Below, one piece after another: positions 13,509 through 24,730 of a DNA stretch of 64,000 bases (positions within the stretch are counted from its first letter, which is position 1; each line of letters opens with the position of its first letter). Under the pieces are notes generated by a model. It made no database searches and had not been told where the DNA came from. It saw nothing but the letters and a program-made list of their open reading frames with translations. This DNA is from Amphiscolops sp. MND2022 (lineage: Eukaryota). Where the stretch lies: positions 72,602,001 through 72,666,000 of the forward strand of contig OZ076412.1 of NCBI GenBank assembly GCA_964187785.1, read 5' to 3'. A program made the translations under genes and the position numbers.

Positions 13509-14477
13509 CCCTTGTTGAAACTGCTTGAACTTTTTGCATGTACTTTAATGTTGCCAGCAACTTTTATGATGACTTCCTAAAACTCTTACGGAAACTTTCA
13601 TGCGAAAATATTTACCTGTTGTATTGACTTTCATCAAGCTCCTCGAAAGATTCATCAAAGTTTTGGCGGCAATTTTAAGCATTGAAGTTTTGCAGGTTTC
13701 ATTAAGATGCAGTTTTAATTTTAAAAGCAAATAAATCGCTCTCAGTTCAACAGTTATTTTAATGCAAAATAACTTCAGTCACGTAATGAACTGCAAATTA
13801 GCGTCATGTTTAGCGTCCTATTTGAGAAGCGGTGATCACATCAGATGAGTAGTTGAGAAAACAAAGTGTAAATACAAAGTGATCGTGTCGGTGGGTGATG
13901 AAGTGGTATTTAGTTCCAAATTTAACTCCAGTAGTAGAAAATGCAGTGTAATTCTACAAAATTTACCTTCAGAATTACCACAGAATTTTCTAGGTTTTAT
14001 AAACAATTACCCTGCATGCAGGCCTGCAGTATGTGAAAAGTTCCTGCAGGGGACGGTTCAAATCGCAGAATATTCAAAGCGTCAAAAGTAGTTTACACAC
14101 AGTAAATACTGCGCGTCATAGTCACGTGACCAAACTTTCATTCAATGAACCAATCAAATTCAGTAAAATGAATACAGCACAAGCGACGAACTAATTAGGA
14201 TAACGTAGTAAGCTATGTCCACATACTCCTATTGCCCTAAATACAGGAGTGAAGCTAAGCGGAGCGACGTGCCATATGGCCATGCCTCAACGTTGCTACT
14301 TGGCGAAGGGAGCGAAGCGACCGAGCCATACAACAAATATGCTAACCTCTTCAAATTATAACCTGAAAATAATCGCTGCTATGGAATTCTTTCGACGCTT
14401 TGAATAGCTTTGATTTTTTCGACGGTTTGAATGTTCTACGATTTGAATAGTCACTGTTCCTGCAGTCTCAACTAGGG
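13509..14477 (+). mobile_element. CCCT(T/A)GTTGA-terminated MITE, copy 1 (interrupted by a nested MITE)
   Basis: TIRs CCCTTGTTGAAACTGC / GCAGTCTCAACTAGGG and 2-bp flanks AA/AA. Homologous to 15569-16056 in the opposite orientation. Confidence 0.75.
14050..14455. mobile_element. Nested MITE with a 10-bp target duplication (Mutator-like)
   Basis: Flanked by the direct repeat GTTCCTGCAG (14040-14049 and 14456-14465). Imperfect TIRs of about 35-40 bp (..TTCAAATCG(C/T)AGAA(T/C)ATTCAAA(G/C)CGTC). Confidence 0.65.
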
Positions 14478-14931
14478 AATCGTTAATATCTCGTGACATG
14501 GTGAATATTCGTTCTCTCACCTCTCGCCTTGATAACGTTGGAAAGTGGAACCGTCGGTTTAGGCGATAGACCGTGTCTGCAGCATGCAATTGCGAGAAAG
14601 CAGTGCGTTGGATTATCCATATCCAGCTGGGATCAGTTAAAGTGAACTGACTGACAAGCAACCTCTTTTGCGATATTTTCGTTTGGCTGAATTGACTTCG
14701 GTTGTTTGGTAATCAGATGACGACGTATTGTCATATCAGATATCATATTGTCTGCAAACACAGCAGCAGTTCAACCCGGGTTGAGATTGCAGGAATTTTT
14801 TTCATGCGCAGGCATGCACGCATGGATCATTTTTGATAGATTAATCTAGCGCATAAATAATCGAGATTATACAGTACGGGTATCCTTAAAATACGAGCAC
14901 AAAACGTAATACGGCCTTACAGGTCAAGGGC

Positions 14932-15064
14932 ACCGGCACGGGGCTCATCGAGTTTAAACTTGTCACTTTTCGAGGTTCGCGCCCCTCCAGGTTGGACAGT
15001 CCAACCTGGAGGGGCGCGAACCTCGAAAAGTGACAAGTTTAAACTCGATGAGCCCCGTGCCGGT
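14932..15064. repeat. Perfect 133-bp GC-rich palindrome (66-bp arms, 1-nt spacer at 14998)
   Basis: 14932-14997 is the exact reverse complement of 14999-15064. Confidence 0.95.
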
Positions 15065-15568
15065 CCCAACTTGGACTTCGTCAAAAGCAGCCGCTGTCGT
15101 CTGTCCAAGTAGTGACACGTCACCCACGCTTCCCTTCGCTCCTGTATTGAGGTTTGCGACTACGTTATCACAATTAGTTCGACACTGTGCAGCACACGAA
15201 TTAAACTATTAAATTTTATCATTTTAATTTCCAATCAAATAGAAAAGTTTAGCAATCATCTTTCGGGGCAATAAATAGGTTTTAAAAATTTGCGGCGCGA
15301 TGGATGTTCGGCCGAAAAATTAGTATTTTACTTCTCTATGAAAAGTTCAACCTCGTTTTCCATTGTTGAGAAAATCTCCTAATTGAAATCTTTTAATTTT
15401 TTCAGTCTAATTGTTTCAATCACAGTTAATAGTCAATCCCAGTCGCTGTTTCGCAATCCGGTTGCTACCGTTTCAATTTGATTCAAGTGCATTTGTTTTT
15501 CGGCTCACTTCAAGTTTTTTCTTCCAAGCTGTTGCAAGATTACAGACATCAGCTGTAGACATCAGCTT

Positions 15569-16056
15569 CCCTAGTTGAGACTGCAGGAACTTTTTACATG
15601 CTGCAGGCCTGCATGCAGGGTAATTGTTTATAAAACCTAGAAAATTCAGGGTAAATAGATACAACATCATCACCGACACGACCTTATTGTATTTACAATT
15701 TGCTTTCTCAACTACTCATCTGATGTGATCACCGCGTCTCAAATAGGACGCTAAACATGACGGTATATTGCAGTTTATTAGGTGACTGAAGTAATTTTGC
15801 ATTAAAATGGCTGTTAAACTGAGAGCAATTTATTTGCTTTTAAAATTAGAACTGCTTCTTAATGAAATCTGCAAAACTTCAAGGCGTAAAATTGCCGCCA
15901 AAATTTTGATGAATCTTTCAAGCAGCTTGATAAAAGTCGAATACAACAGGTAAATATTTTCTCAATAAAGTTTCTGTAAGAGTTTTAGAAAGTCATAATA
16001 AAAGTTGCTGGCAACATTAAAGTACATGCAAAAAGTTCAAGAAGTTTCAACAAGGG
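15569..16056 (-). mobile_element. CCCT(T/A)GTTGA-terminated MITE, copy 2
   Basis: Both TIRs present with TT/TT flanks. Inverted homolog of 13509-14477; a further fragment lies near 38650-38740. Confidence 0.75.
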
Positions 16057-17299
16057 TTGTCTGATCGTGCAGGTAGAATCAGACGAATTCTAGCTGAGGA
16101 TGACCGGAAGCTCGACTGGGGAAAGTTTAGGCACCAAAAGTGTTCAAAATATTTAACATATGGTGCAAAGAAAACTCCTGCTTGGAGAAATCCATGTCAT
16201 TGTGAAGAACAATCACATTCAACTGGCTACTGCACTATGTGTTACGGTGAATCCATACATGAGCCAGTTGAATAAACTTTGTCCAGTGATGACCCAAAGT
16301 TTTCATAGGAACTTGAATTTTAAAAAATATCGAATATTAGGATGATTGAAAAAAAGGATTTAGAGACACAACAGTTTTTTCCACAAACATGGTTGCTTTG
16401 ATGTAAATCAATATAGCATGGCTTCAACACATTATCAGATTCCTCATGTTTTAGCGAACGAAACTCAGGGAACGATCAACTCTGTGTGTGCACGTTGGTA
16501 ACATTCTCACATTTTATATTCATTTTCACATTCTTGCAAAGCCAAAATAATTCGAAGTTTGTGCGTACTTGGTTGCCTGGTTCATTCACTTTTCAAGACT
16601 TTCCATCTCTAGTTTTTTTTTCAATTCCAATCCAAAAACTATAATGATCATTCTTGATTCAATGTTGCCTAAAAATTATGCGAAAACAGAGCCATGATCC
16701 TAAATAGAGAATTAACCAAGGATTAGCCTGTTTGCAATAGGAAAAGCATCAGAAAAAATTGTTCTTTAAAATGAAAAATGCATGAAATTGAATGAAAAGA
16801 TCAAACACAGAAAGAAAATAAGTCGAAAAACTTTGAAAAAACTCTTGCCTTTATCCACGTAGCATTTGATGCTCAGTGAAGTTTCAATGAAACCAATTCA
16901 TCATCCATAAAATGCCTGCGACTGAAGTCCTAAGGTCAGGTAAACGAAAAACTAACAGGTTTGATCTTTAGGGATTTTGGTTTCCAAATGTTAAGAAGTG
17001 ACGTGAGATATGAATTTGACTTCAATCAATTCGTATTAAAATCTCGATAAGGGAATTGGAATGAGGATGATAAAAAACAATGAGAAATCGTTCAGGGAAG
17101 CGAACTGAAAACACTAAAGAAGATTTGAAAAGTCCCTGCCAGAATATTGAGGATGACACTTGAATGCTTGTATGTCCAGAAGAAAGTAAGTAAGTGCAAC
17201 GAGGGGTTAAGCTGCGAACGGGAATTGGGAAACTTTGGCAGAGCATCTTGCAAATACAGAATGCTATACCCAAATGAAGCTACTCTTAGCTACCCTGAA

Positions 17300-17582
17300 A
17301 AGAAAAATGCTTTCCTTACAAGTATCTTGCGAGAACCTTGCAAGATCTTGTAAGATAATGCATTTTCCTTGGATTCCTTGGAAGAATCTTGCAAGGTTCT
17401 TTCTGATAATGCGTTCCTTGCTAGCAATGCATTCCTTGCAAAGATCTTGCAAGATTCTTGCAAGGAATCAATTTCCTTGCAAGATCTTGTAGGGAAGGTG
17501 TTTCCCTGGAAAATTTTACAAGGATTAGATTACAAGAATGTTGCAAGATCCTTGCAAGAATTTCATTCTTTTTCAACCAGTA
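17300..17582. repeat. CAAGATCTTG/CTTGCAAG-rich MITE-like repeat
   Basis: Dense, partly palindromic CTTGCAAG and CAAGATCTTG units, like those in 12591-13292. Confidence 0.5.
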
Positions 17583-19147
17583 AACCCAGTTTTCTAACTA
17601 TACTTAGTCGTGTCTCAAATATCCAACAAAGGTTTTCCCCCGTTAAAGAAATTTATGATTGGGTGCATGACCCAACTCAGAAAAAGCAAATTCTGAATCT
17701 CATTCCTGATGTTGGAGAGACAATAGCCGATTCTCTGAAAAAAAAAATTAAGCCGATGCCGGTTCGAAATCTAACTAACCAACTTCAGCTAGCTGATCTT
17801 CAGCTGTTCCCTCCTTCAATTCCTGCTATGAATTAAAAAGACAAAATTATGATCTAAAAAACTTGAATATGGCCTAAAATCACTTTTGGTGGAAAAGGCC
17901 TAAAATCATTGTATCTCGAGCAAAATGATCTAAAATCACAGTTTTCTAGTGGCATAATAGCGGGGCAAATAACGTCTGAGGAGAACGTCTCAATGTGTTT
18001 CAGGAATAACGTCTAAAGGAGTAACGTCTAAAATTCGAGATATGCTGATACGGAAAGGAATTTTAGTCTTTGGTATTTTTGTAACAGTTTTGTTATTGCT
18101 TGTTTGGCAAAACTACTGTTTACTTAGTAGACGATACTTCTCACAACTTCAAAAATATGTCATGGATTGACGTCGGCGATGTAATTTTTTGAACCAGTCA
18201 AAACTGACGCAACCAGAAGGTCCCATAAGATACCGTGTTAGGGTAGACATAGGCTTCTGGGAGATTTATAAGTTGCTGATTTCCTGCCACGTGTTTTTGT
18301 AATCTCCCCAAACTTCTCTGGAGTCGGCACATGCTGGACGCCACAGCAACTGGATTAGAGAGGAAAGAATCCAAAAACCTTTTAATTGGGTTCTAAATTT
18401 AAAAACTATTGCCCACCAACAATTCAACATAGCGAAAATCAATTCAATGGCGAAATCACGTTGACTCAATGATTCATCTTGCTTGCTGTTAACGACTGAC
18501 GAACTCGAGGAAAACAATGTAGTTAGCAAACTATTGAATTGTACGTATTCTGATGTTATGGCAGTTTCTTCTGTTATGCCAGTTCACTTCAGTTTGGCAG
18601 GTTGTTATTATGTTATGTAATTAATTCTTTCACACTGACAGTTTTCTCGTGGTATTTAAGTACAGCAAGGCAATTAATAGACTTAGCTCTATCACACTTG
18701 CACAAATGAATCTAGGAAAACTCGTCGAAAACAACTCGCTGAAAATTCTTTGGTAGAAAACTCGTCCCAAAAACATAAAATAATCTCAGACAAATGTAGT
18801 GCTAACTTTGCGGTCGTACCGTGTTATGAAGTTCTTAATTAATATAAAGTATTACGTTGTAAACTATAAAAGTGAAACGTTTCAAGCAATTATATCACTA
18901 AAAAACTAGATTATGCGTAAAACTGAAAATTGCACGCATCAATTTACGAAAAACAATCCTTAATTAGCTCTACATATTCCCTGTGGGTAATCTGAAACGA
19001 TTAGACGGGTTTGCATACAATTATTATTCGACGAGTTGTGTTCGACGAGTTTTCCGCGTACCTGCACAAATAACGTTAGGATACCGTTAAGTCAAGTTCT
19101 GTGCTAGATTCAGTGCCGTAAAAACTCAAAATGTCTTTCTTTTTCAG

Positions 19148-19342
19148 CCAAGTTTGAAGCAATCTACAAATCTCGAGGTTGCTCTTGCTGGTGTGGACGA
19201 GGCACGGAAGTGTTGACTAAAAGTTGCTACACCTACGAGAAAGGGAAAAACGGGAAGTGCAACAGAGTTCCCACACTCTCTGAAAATTGCGAAAATGATC
19301 CAGATACGAAATCCGGCGACGAATGCGAAACTCAAAAATGCG
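19148..19342 (+). CDS. Exon encoding a thrombospondin type-1 repeat-like Cys-rich module (TSP1-PLAT gene)
   Basis: Acceptor tctttttcAG, donor G|GTcagg, phase 1/1. Translation KFEAIYKSRGCSCWCGRGTEVLTKSCY...CNR...ENC...ECETQKC resembles the TSR pattern CS..CG.G....C. Confidence 0.7.
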
Positions 19343-19923
19343 GTCAGGTTTCTTTACAACCAGTTCCAAATTTTTCTCTAAAAAAATATTATTTAAGGCT
19401 GACACAGCTCCTCGAAAGAGTTTTTTTATTCATTCAATTATTTTCCAGACAGGCTATGACAGTTATTTATTTTTGTTTTGAAGCACTGCTCATGAAGCTT
19501 GAAGATGGCCAAGTTATTTTCTAAACCACCCTGAGATTTCCGAGTTTTTATGCAAAAATTTATTTAAACTTAAACACTCTATTATGCTGACATTTATGAA
19601 ATCATTTATTGATAGAAGTCACAATATAATTTCTTATTAAGCAATATTCTATTAGGAAAAAGTCAAGAACAGAATGTTTTGAGTCAAACAAAACAGTTGT
19701 TCTGATCTATTTCATAGTCAGAAAGTGTGAAAGATGTTGTTTTCACGAAAACCTCACTCCACTTGAAGTTAACTTCCGGTACTAAAAAGTATTTCATATT
19801 GAAATTTGAAATTCTGGAAACAAAAAAGAGCCGATGGCAAATGCATAAAAGTGGAGCAGTGTCTAATCGATAATACAAGGTAGTTGCTTATAACCTCTGT
19901 GACGAACATCATCTGTTTTTCAG

Positions 19924-20071
19924 TGGTTTCACTATTGAAAGTCACTACCGATGACCTTCTCTGGTCTGGAACGGATAACGATTTGAAGTTCGAAGCAGTC
20001 GCTGAAAATGGAGAAACGTGCGATTTTGGATTCCTTGACAATCCCGATCGCGATGATTTCGAAAGTGGCCA
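19924..20071 (+). CDS. Exon encoding the N-terminal half of a PLAT/LH2 domain
   Basis: Acceptor tgtttttcAG, donor GTtagt, phase 1/2. KVTTDDLLWSGTDNDL...LDNPDRDDFESGQ matches the PLAT GTD and DDFE.G motifs. Confidence 0.8.
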
Positions 20072-20804
20072 GTTAGTTTGCACAATTTATTTTCCTCGAC
20101 AATGATTTCGTCATCAAATGATGACAGCGATTTTTTCACACTTAATAAACAATTACGAAAGGCAAAAAGAATATAGGAAAAAGGAAATTTGTCTCTCTTA
20201 TCGACAATCTATCGGAGTATCTGAAGTGAGCTGTTATTTGTGTCAATGTAGCTTTTTTCCGAGCCACCGGCAAAAAAGTAATTGGAAAAAGTAAAAATTT
20301 GCAAATTATTCAATTTCAGAAAAATAGCCTTTTCTCAATAACTGAGCAACTGTTTGCAAAGTTACTGTCCCACACTAATAACACAGCAGGCCACCATTGG
20401 AAACGCATATAGAAGTTTTTTCAATGAAGCTTCAATTAAGAGTTTGATCGGCATGTGAAAGGCCCGGCGCAGCTCAACTCAAAAAAGGACGCCAACTCCC
20501 AGCCTAACTAGTGTGCATTTGAAAGCTCAGGTAAATGGCTTTTAGGAGCAGAAAACCAATTTGAGCCGCAGCTAATAATCATGGAGAAATGAAGCCTTGA
20601 AAAATTTTGCCAAATTTTTGTCAATTTTGCTACTTTTCTGTGTACTGTCGGGGTTATTCTGCTGACCGATTTTCAACACCTGTTTCTGAAACAGATGAAA
20701 AAGTTAATATTACAAATCATGTCAACTCTTTCGGCACAAACGGCAGTTTTGTTGAATTCATTGCCGGTTAATAGGAAAAATCAGAGACTGGCATTCTAGA
20801 GTGA

Positions 20805-22742
20805 TGTAGAAATTTTTGCTAGAGGGTCGGAGAGAAATCCCAAAGGCTCGATTCTAACAGAAAGGTTTAGTTTTTAGTGAGTAAGTTTCGTCCACGTATC
20901 GCGTATTCTTTTCTCAAAGTCTCTCCGGTGCTCAAGTTTCGATTCCAAAACACTATGGAAAAGTTACTTGCAATTAATACTCTAATTCAGGAATTATCTG
21001 GATATAACAAGTCGAAGGTTTCCACAGTATATAAACTCTCAATCAAATAACAATAGCACAGCAGGTGAATGAAATATATACAATAACTCGACAAGACTGT
21101 GCCAGAATCACGATTCACTCAAAGATTTCCAAGTCCCGGACTTGTAACTTATTCACTGCTCTCACAAAGCAGTTAAGTCAAATTCGATCTCGAGTAGGTT
21201 TCTTGCCCGCCCGCGGCTCAACTTACTCTTGACTTCGTAATCGTTCTTCTGTCTCAATTCGGTCTCCTTTTCCCTCCCTAAGATATTTATTCATCAGCCG
21301 CATTTTTGTTGTACCGATGTCGCTCTTTTATTTGCATGCTTTTATAAATCATGTAATTTCATTCCTTTTATGGCATGGTAGCGCCCTAGTCATATTTCGG
21401 CCAGACATACTTCGCCGCCAACGTCAAGTAATTCACATCTTGTCCGAAGTCCACATTTCAATAATAATTCAAGTCACCCGAGATATCTTTAACATCGAAG
21501 AAATCGCTCAATGACCTTCAATTACATGGTTTACATGCTTTCTACGTGTAAGGTGTACTTTTCTGTCATTCTGATTGCAATACATCGCGAATCGTTCCGC
21601 CTGACTGAAATGCATAAATTATCGCTTAAAGACACTGATTTACATGTTTTATTGTACGTTTTCCTCTAGGTTCCGGGGTTACATCTAAATTGACCTTGAG
21701 GTCCATCTGTGACCTTGAAGTTATTTGTCATCATCTAATGTCACTACATGCCAAGTTATATCGTCCTAGGGTCAATGGTTCCCGAGTTACATGATATGCG
21801 TATCGTTTGTTTACTTAAGGCTGTCACCCCCGCATGGGTTACAAATACGGTTTCATTCACATTAAAAATCGACTACATTCATTATTCCGGTTCGTTTGAG
21901 ATATTACAAGCCAAGGTCAATGTCTTTTATCGGTCGGGCCCGCGCGTCCGGTCCCGCGTGCCTTAAACAAACATTACTCCGCTCGCGGTGGACCGATTAA
22001 TGTATCTTCCATGTATATTACTTAGGGTTACTAGGTAAACATCTTGGGTAAGTTTCGTGATCTTCGGGCCATCCGATGGCTATTTACATAACATTCGGGG
22101 TTTATTTACATAGGGTCCGTGCTCCTCCTACGCGCGTCGTAGGTTTCCGAAAATGTGCGCAAACGGCTTAATATCCTATGGGCTATCAATTCCATATACA
22201 ATACGACTTACTCCGTGCTTGGTCGACGAGTTCGTAGGGGGGTCGACCTAGGTCACCTCCGGTGCTAATAGCCCGGGGCTGGGGGGTCTCGGCTCGGTTC
22301 TGCTTTTATAGGCGCGTGGCATAACAGCTCAGGTATACGTGTGCCAAATTTCAGGTCTCTACGATAAATAGTCTTTTTGAAAATCCCGACTGGGGGGGGG
22401 TTCGCCGGTTTTGTCACACTTGGTTTTCCCGGGTGGTATCTTAGAATATTTTCGCTTGGAAGTGGGACTTAGTAAAATTCGCTCCAAGTGGTCGATTCTA
22501 ACTTAGCTGATTCGAACAATTTCGTTGTTGACGTCGATTCTATCTTACTCAAACAATCAAATTTACTCTTTCTATTATTCGTATACCAAAACCATTAACG
22601 AAACACGTCTACTTCGCCTTTTCAGCTGTTTTTACTATTCCGACGGTTTTTAAAACGTGATTAACATAGTTCTGCCTATCGTATGTACTTCGCGCAAAAA
22701 TGATGGGATTTTTCTAAAACGCCAAAATCTAAAAATTCTACA
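20805..22742 (-). repeat. 3' LTR (1,938 bp)
   Basis: Near-identical to 27430-29367. Preceded on the minus strand by the PPT AGAAGGGAAGAG. Confidence 0.97.
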
Positions 22743-22969
22743 CTCTTCCCTTCTGGACTTTTATTCTCCCGAATAAACTTAGCGGTATTGTCATTGGCTG
22801 AATCGTGGGATCTAGGTTAAACATATATAAATGTGGGGGGAGGATTCGGGATTGGTAAAAATGATTTCGGACTAAAAAATAACACCGATCGTTGATAATA
22901 TGTACAGTGTTCCTGAAAGAGTATAGCATCGAATAAAAAAAACAATTTAAATATCAAATAAAACATAAC

Positions 22970-23272
22970 TCATTTGTGCACCAGGGGAGGTCGAAGAAAG
23001 TCAACCATATACTCGAGCAGACTGGTGACATCCTCAATTTCTTGATCTTTCTGGTGGGTTCGTATTATGGCCCAGTCATATAAAAAATCGAATAAAATAT
23101 TCCACAGCAATGTCCTCGGAGGTATTGTAATTACTTCTTGACAATAGAGATCACGACAGAAAATGTCAACGACGATAGGTTCTCCATCGAACCAGCATCT
23201 AATCCGATCCAATCTTACCGGTCTGGTTCGGTCCGGTAGGGGCCAGTCAAAGAAAAGTTTTCTGAAAGCCAT
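22970..23272 (-). CDS. Accessory ORF A of the LTR element (100 aa, unknown function)
   Basis: ATG-initiated intact 303-nt ORF (MAFRKLFFDWPLP...PLVHK), immediately preceded by an acceptor-like tattgttcttgcaattgcatAG. Confidence 0.55.
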   Translation of the reverse strand: MAFRKLFFDWPLPDRTRPVRLDRIRCWFDGEPIVVDIFCRDLYCQEVITIPPRTLLWNILFDFLYDWAIIRTHQKDQEIEDVTSLLEYMVDFLRPPLVHK

Positions 23273-23642
23273 CTATGCAATTGCAAGAACAATAGGTATC
23301 AAACGACGGGTTATTCTTTATGATAGATGCGTTTCTTTATCCAACTTTTATTTAGAGAGCCATTTAGAGGGTAAACAAAGATTTTCCTGTGGTCTTATTC
23401 TATATCGGCAATTCGGGTACGGACTTTCATGGTTCCCTACTTGCTTGCTTAGTTATTCACGATTAGACGTCGTCAAAGAATCATAATTAAATGAAGTGGG
23501 ATTTTCGTCGTTGGAAGTTTTGTTTACTCGACATATTTACTCTTTTACCACAGTCAACTTTCGCCAGCTCGGAGTTTCGGTACTGCTTAATTATACATCC
23601 ATACGCTTTCCTCTACGCCTAAATCAAAACGAGAATAACAAC

Positions 23643-23945
23643 ATGGCACAAGGTCCATTCCTATTGAGTCTGTATTGGGAATCTCAGTACTTCCGCGTGG
23701 TGTTCGAGATCACCCGTATGGAAATTGCAGAGCATCACGAGGTCCAGCTGACCGTGGAGGGCGAATTGGGCGCGTTATGTCTGGACTACCTTAGCCCTGG
23801 TTGGGTAGAATTCGTCATCTTCCTGAGGAACCTCGCCACATCGGAGATTGGTCTGGTGGGAGTGCAAAAATTTCGTCTCCTCATTGCCCGCCAAAAACTC
23901 TGGGGTGCTCTGCGGGAGCCAACCCCTCCACATTTCTTACTTTAA
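23643..23945 (+). CDS. Antisense accessory ORF B of the LTR element (100 aa, unknown function)
   Basis: ATG in good context (AACATGG) and an intact 303-nt ORF (MAQGPFLLSLYWESQYF...PPHFLL), GC-richer than the surrounding spacer. Confidence 0.55.
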   Translation: MAQGPFLLSLYWESQYFRVVFEITRMEIAEHHEVQLTVEGELGALCLDYLSPGWVEFVIFLRNLATSEIGLVGVQKFRLLIARQKLWGALREPTPPHFLL

Positions 23946-24730
23946 TTCATCCGTATAAACATCATCTGTCATCATCGACTTCCTTCGTTAAAATTGAAAT
24001 ACAGTATTCATAGCTCTCCCTCTAATTTGAGAAAGTCCCCTTTAATGCTTACGAACGAGTACGATTCAGGGTTCGGTCGAGTCTTCTAGGCCCCCTTTAA
24101 AGAAAAGGGTGCAGGGGTCAAAGAATGTAACAAAAAAATACTGCACAAAACTATATCAAAGCAAATCTGGGGGCTACGATTCATCACTAGGTACAAAACG
24201 CTGATTTTGCACCGCATCATTAACTCGGGGTAGTCATTTTAGGGAGGGGAGGTCGATTGATCGTAGATAAAAAAATATATATATATAGTCAAGGCGGGAC
24301 ACCGCTTTGATAGAAGAGTATCTCAGGGCGATTAAAACATGAGACATACTTTCTTTGGAAGGGGGAATCCTCAGGAACAGGTCTCGTTGGGTCGTGAAAA
24401 TTATACGCAAGAACATGCCTTGAGCCTTGGGGGGGGGTGACATTGTTTCGAGGCGCCGTTGTTTTAGTAATACCCCAAATTCTGATACATAGCACTGCTA
24501 ATTCAAAATTCTTTCTTCCCTTCTGCTCGCTTCGAAACAACGTCACAGGGGGGTTTTAGGTGTTCACGGGTGGCGCGTTACCTGATTTATAAAAAAAAAA
24601 CAAAAACAAAAAAATCGTAAGATTAAGGAAAGTTTCACTATGTTTCGTAAAGTCGTCAAGCCGAATCGAAGTTTCGGGTCAAATACAACTAACCAAAGAC
24701 ACGTCAATCTCCCGAAGTGATAGTTGTTCT

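Noticed and set aside
14356-14661. ORF with FTLTDP resembling RCR motif I of a CRESS/parvoviral Rep next to the hairpin
   Set aside because: The ORF crosses MITE boundaries, and no HUH, YxxK or Walker motifs follow.
13509-16056. A single large fold-back transposon with ~500-bp TIRs
   Set aside because: Each arm has its own TIR pair and 2-bp flanks, so these are two independent MITE copies. No shared outer TSD.
21317-21966. ORFs of 65 and 72 aa repeated at 27942-28591
   Set aside because: They are duplicated only because they lie in the two LTRs. They are short, antisense to the element and have no recognisable motif.
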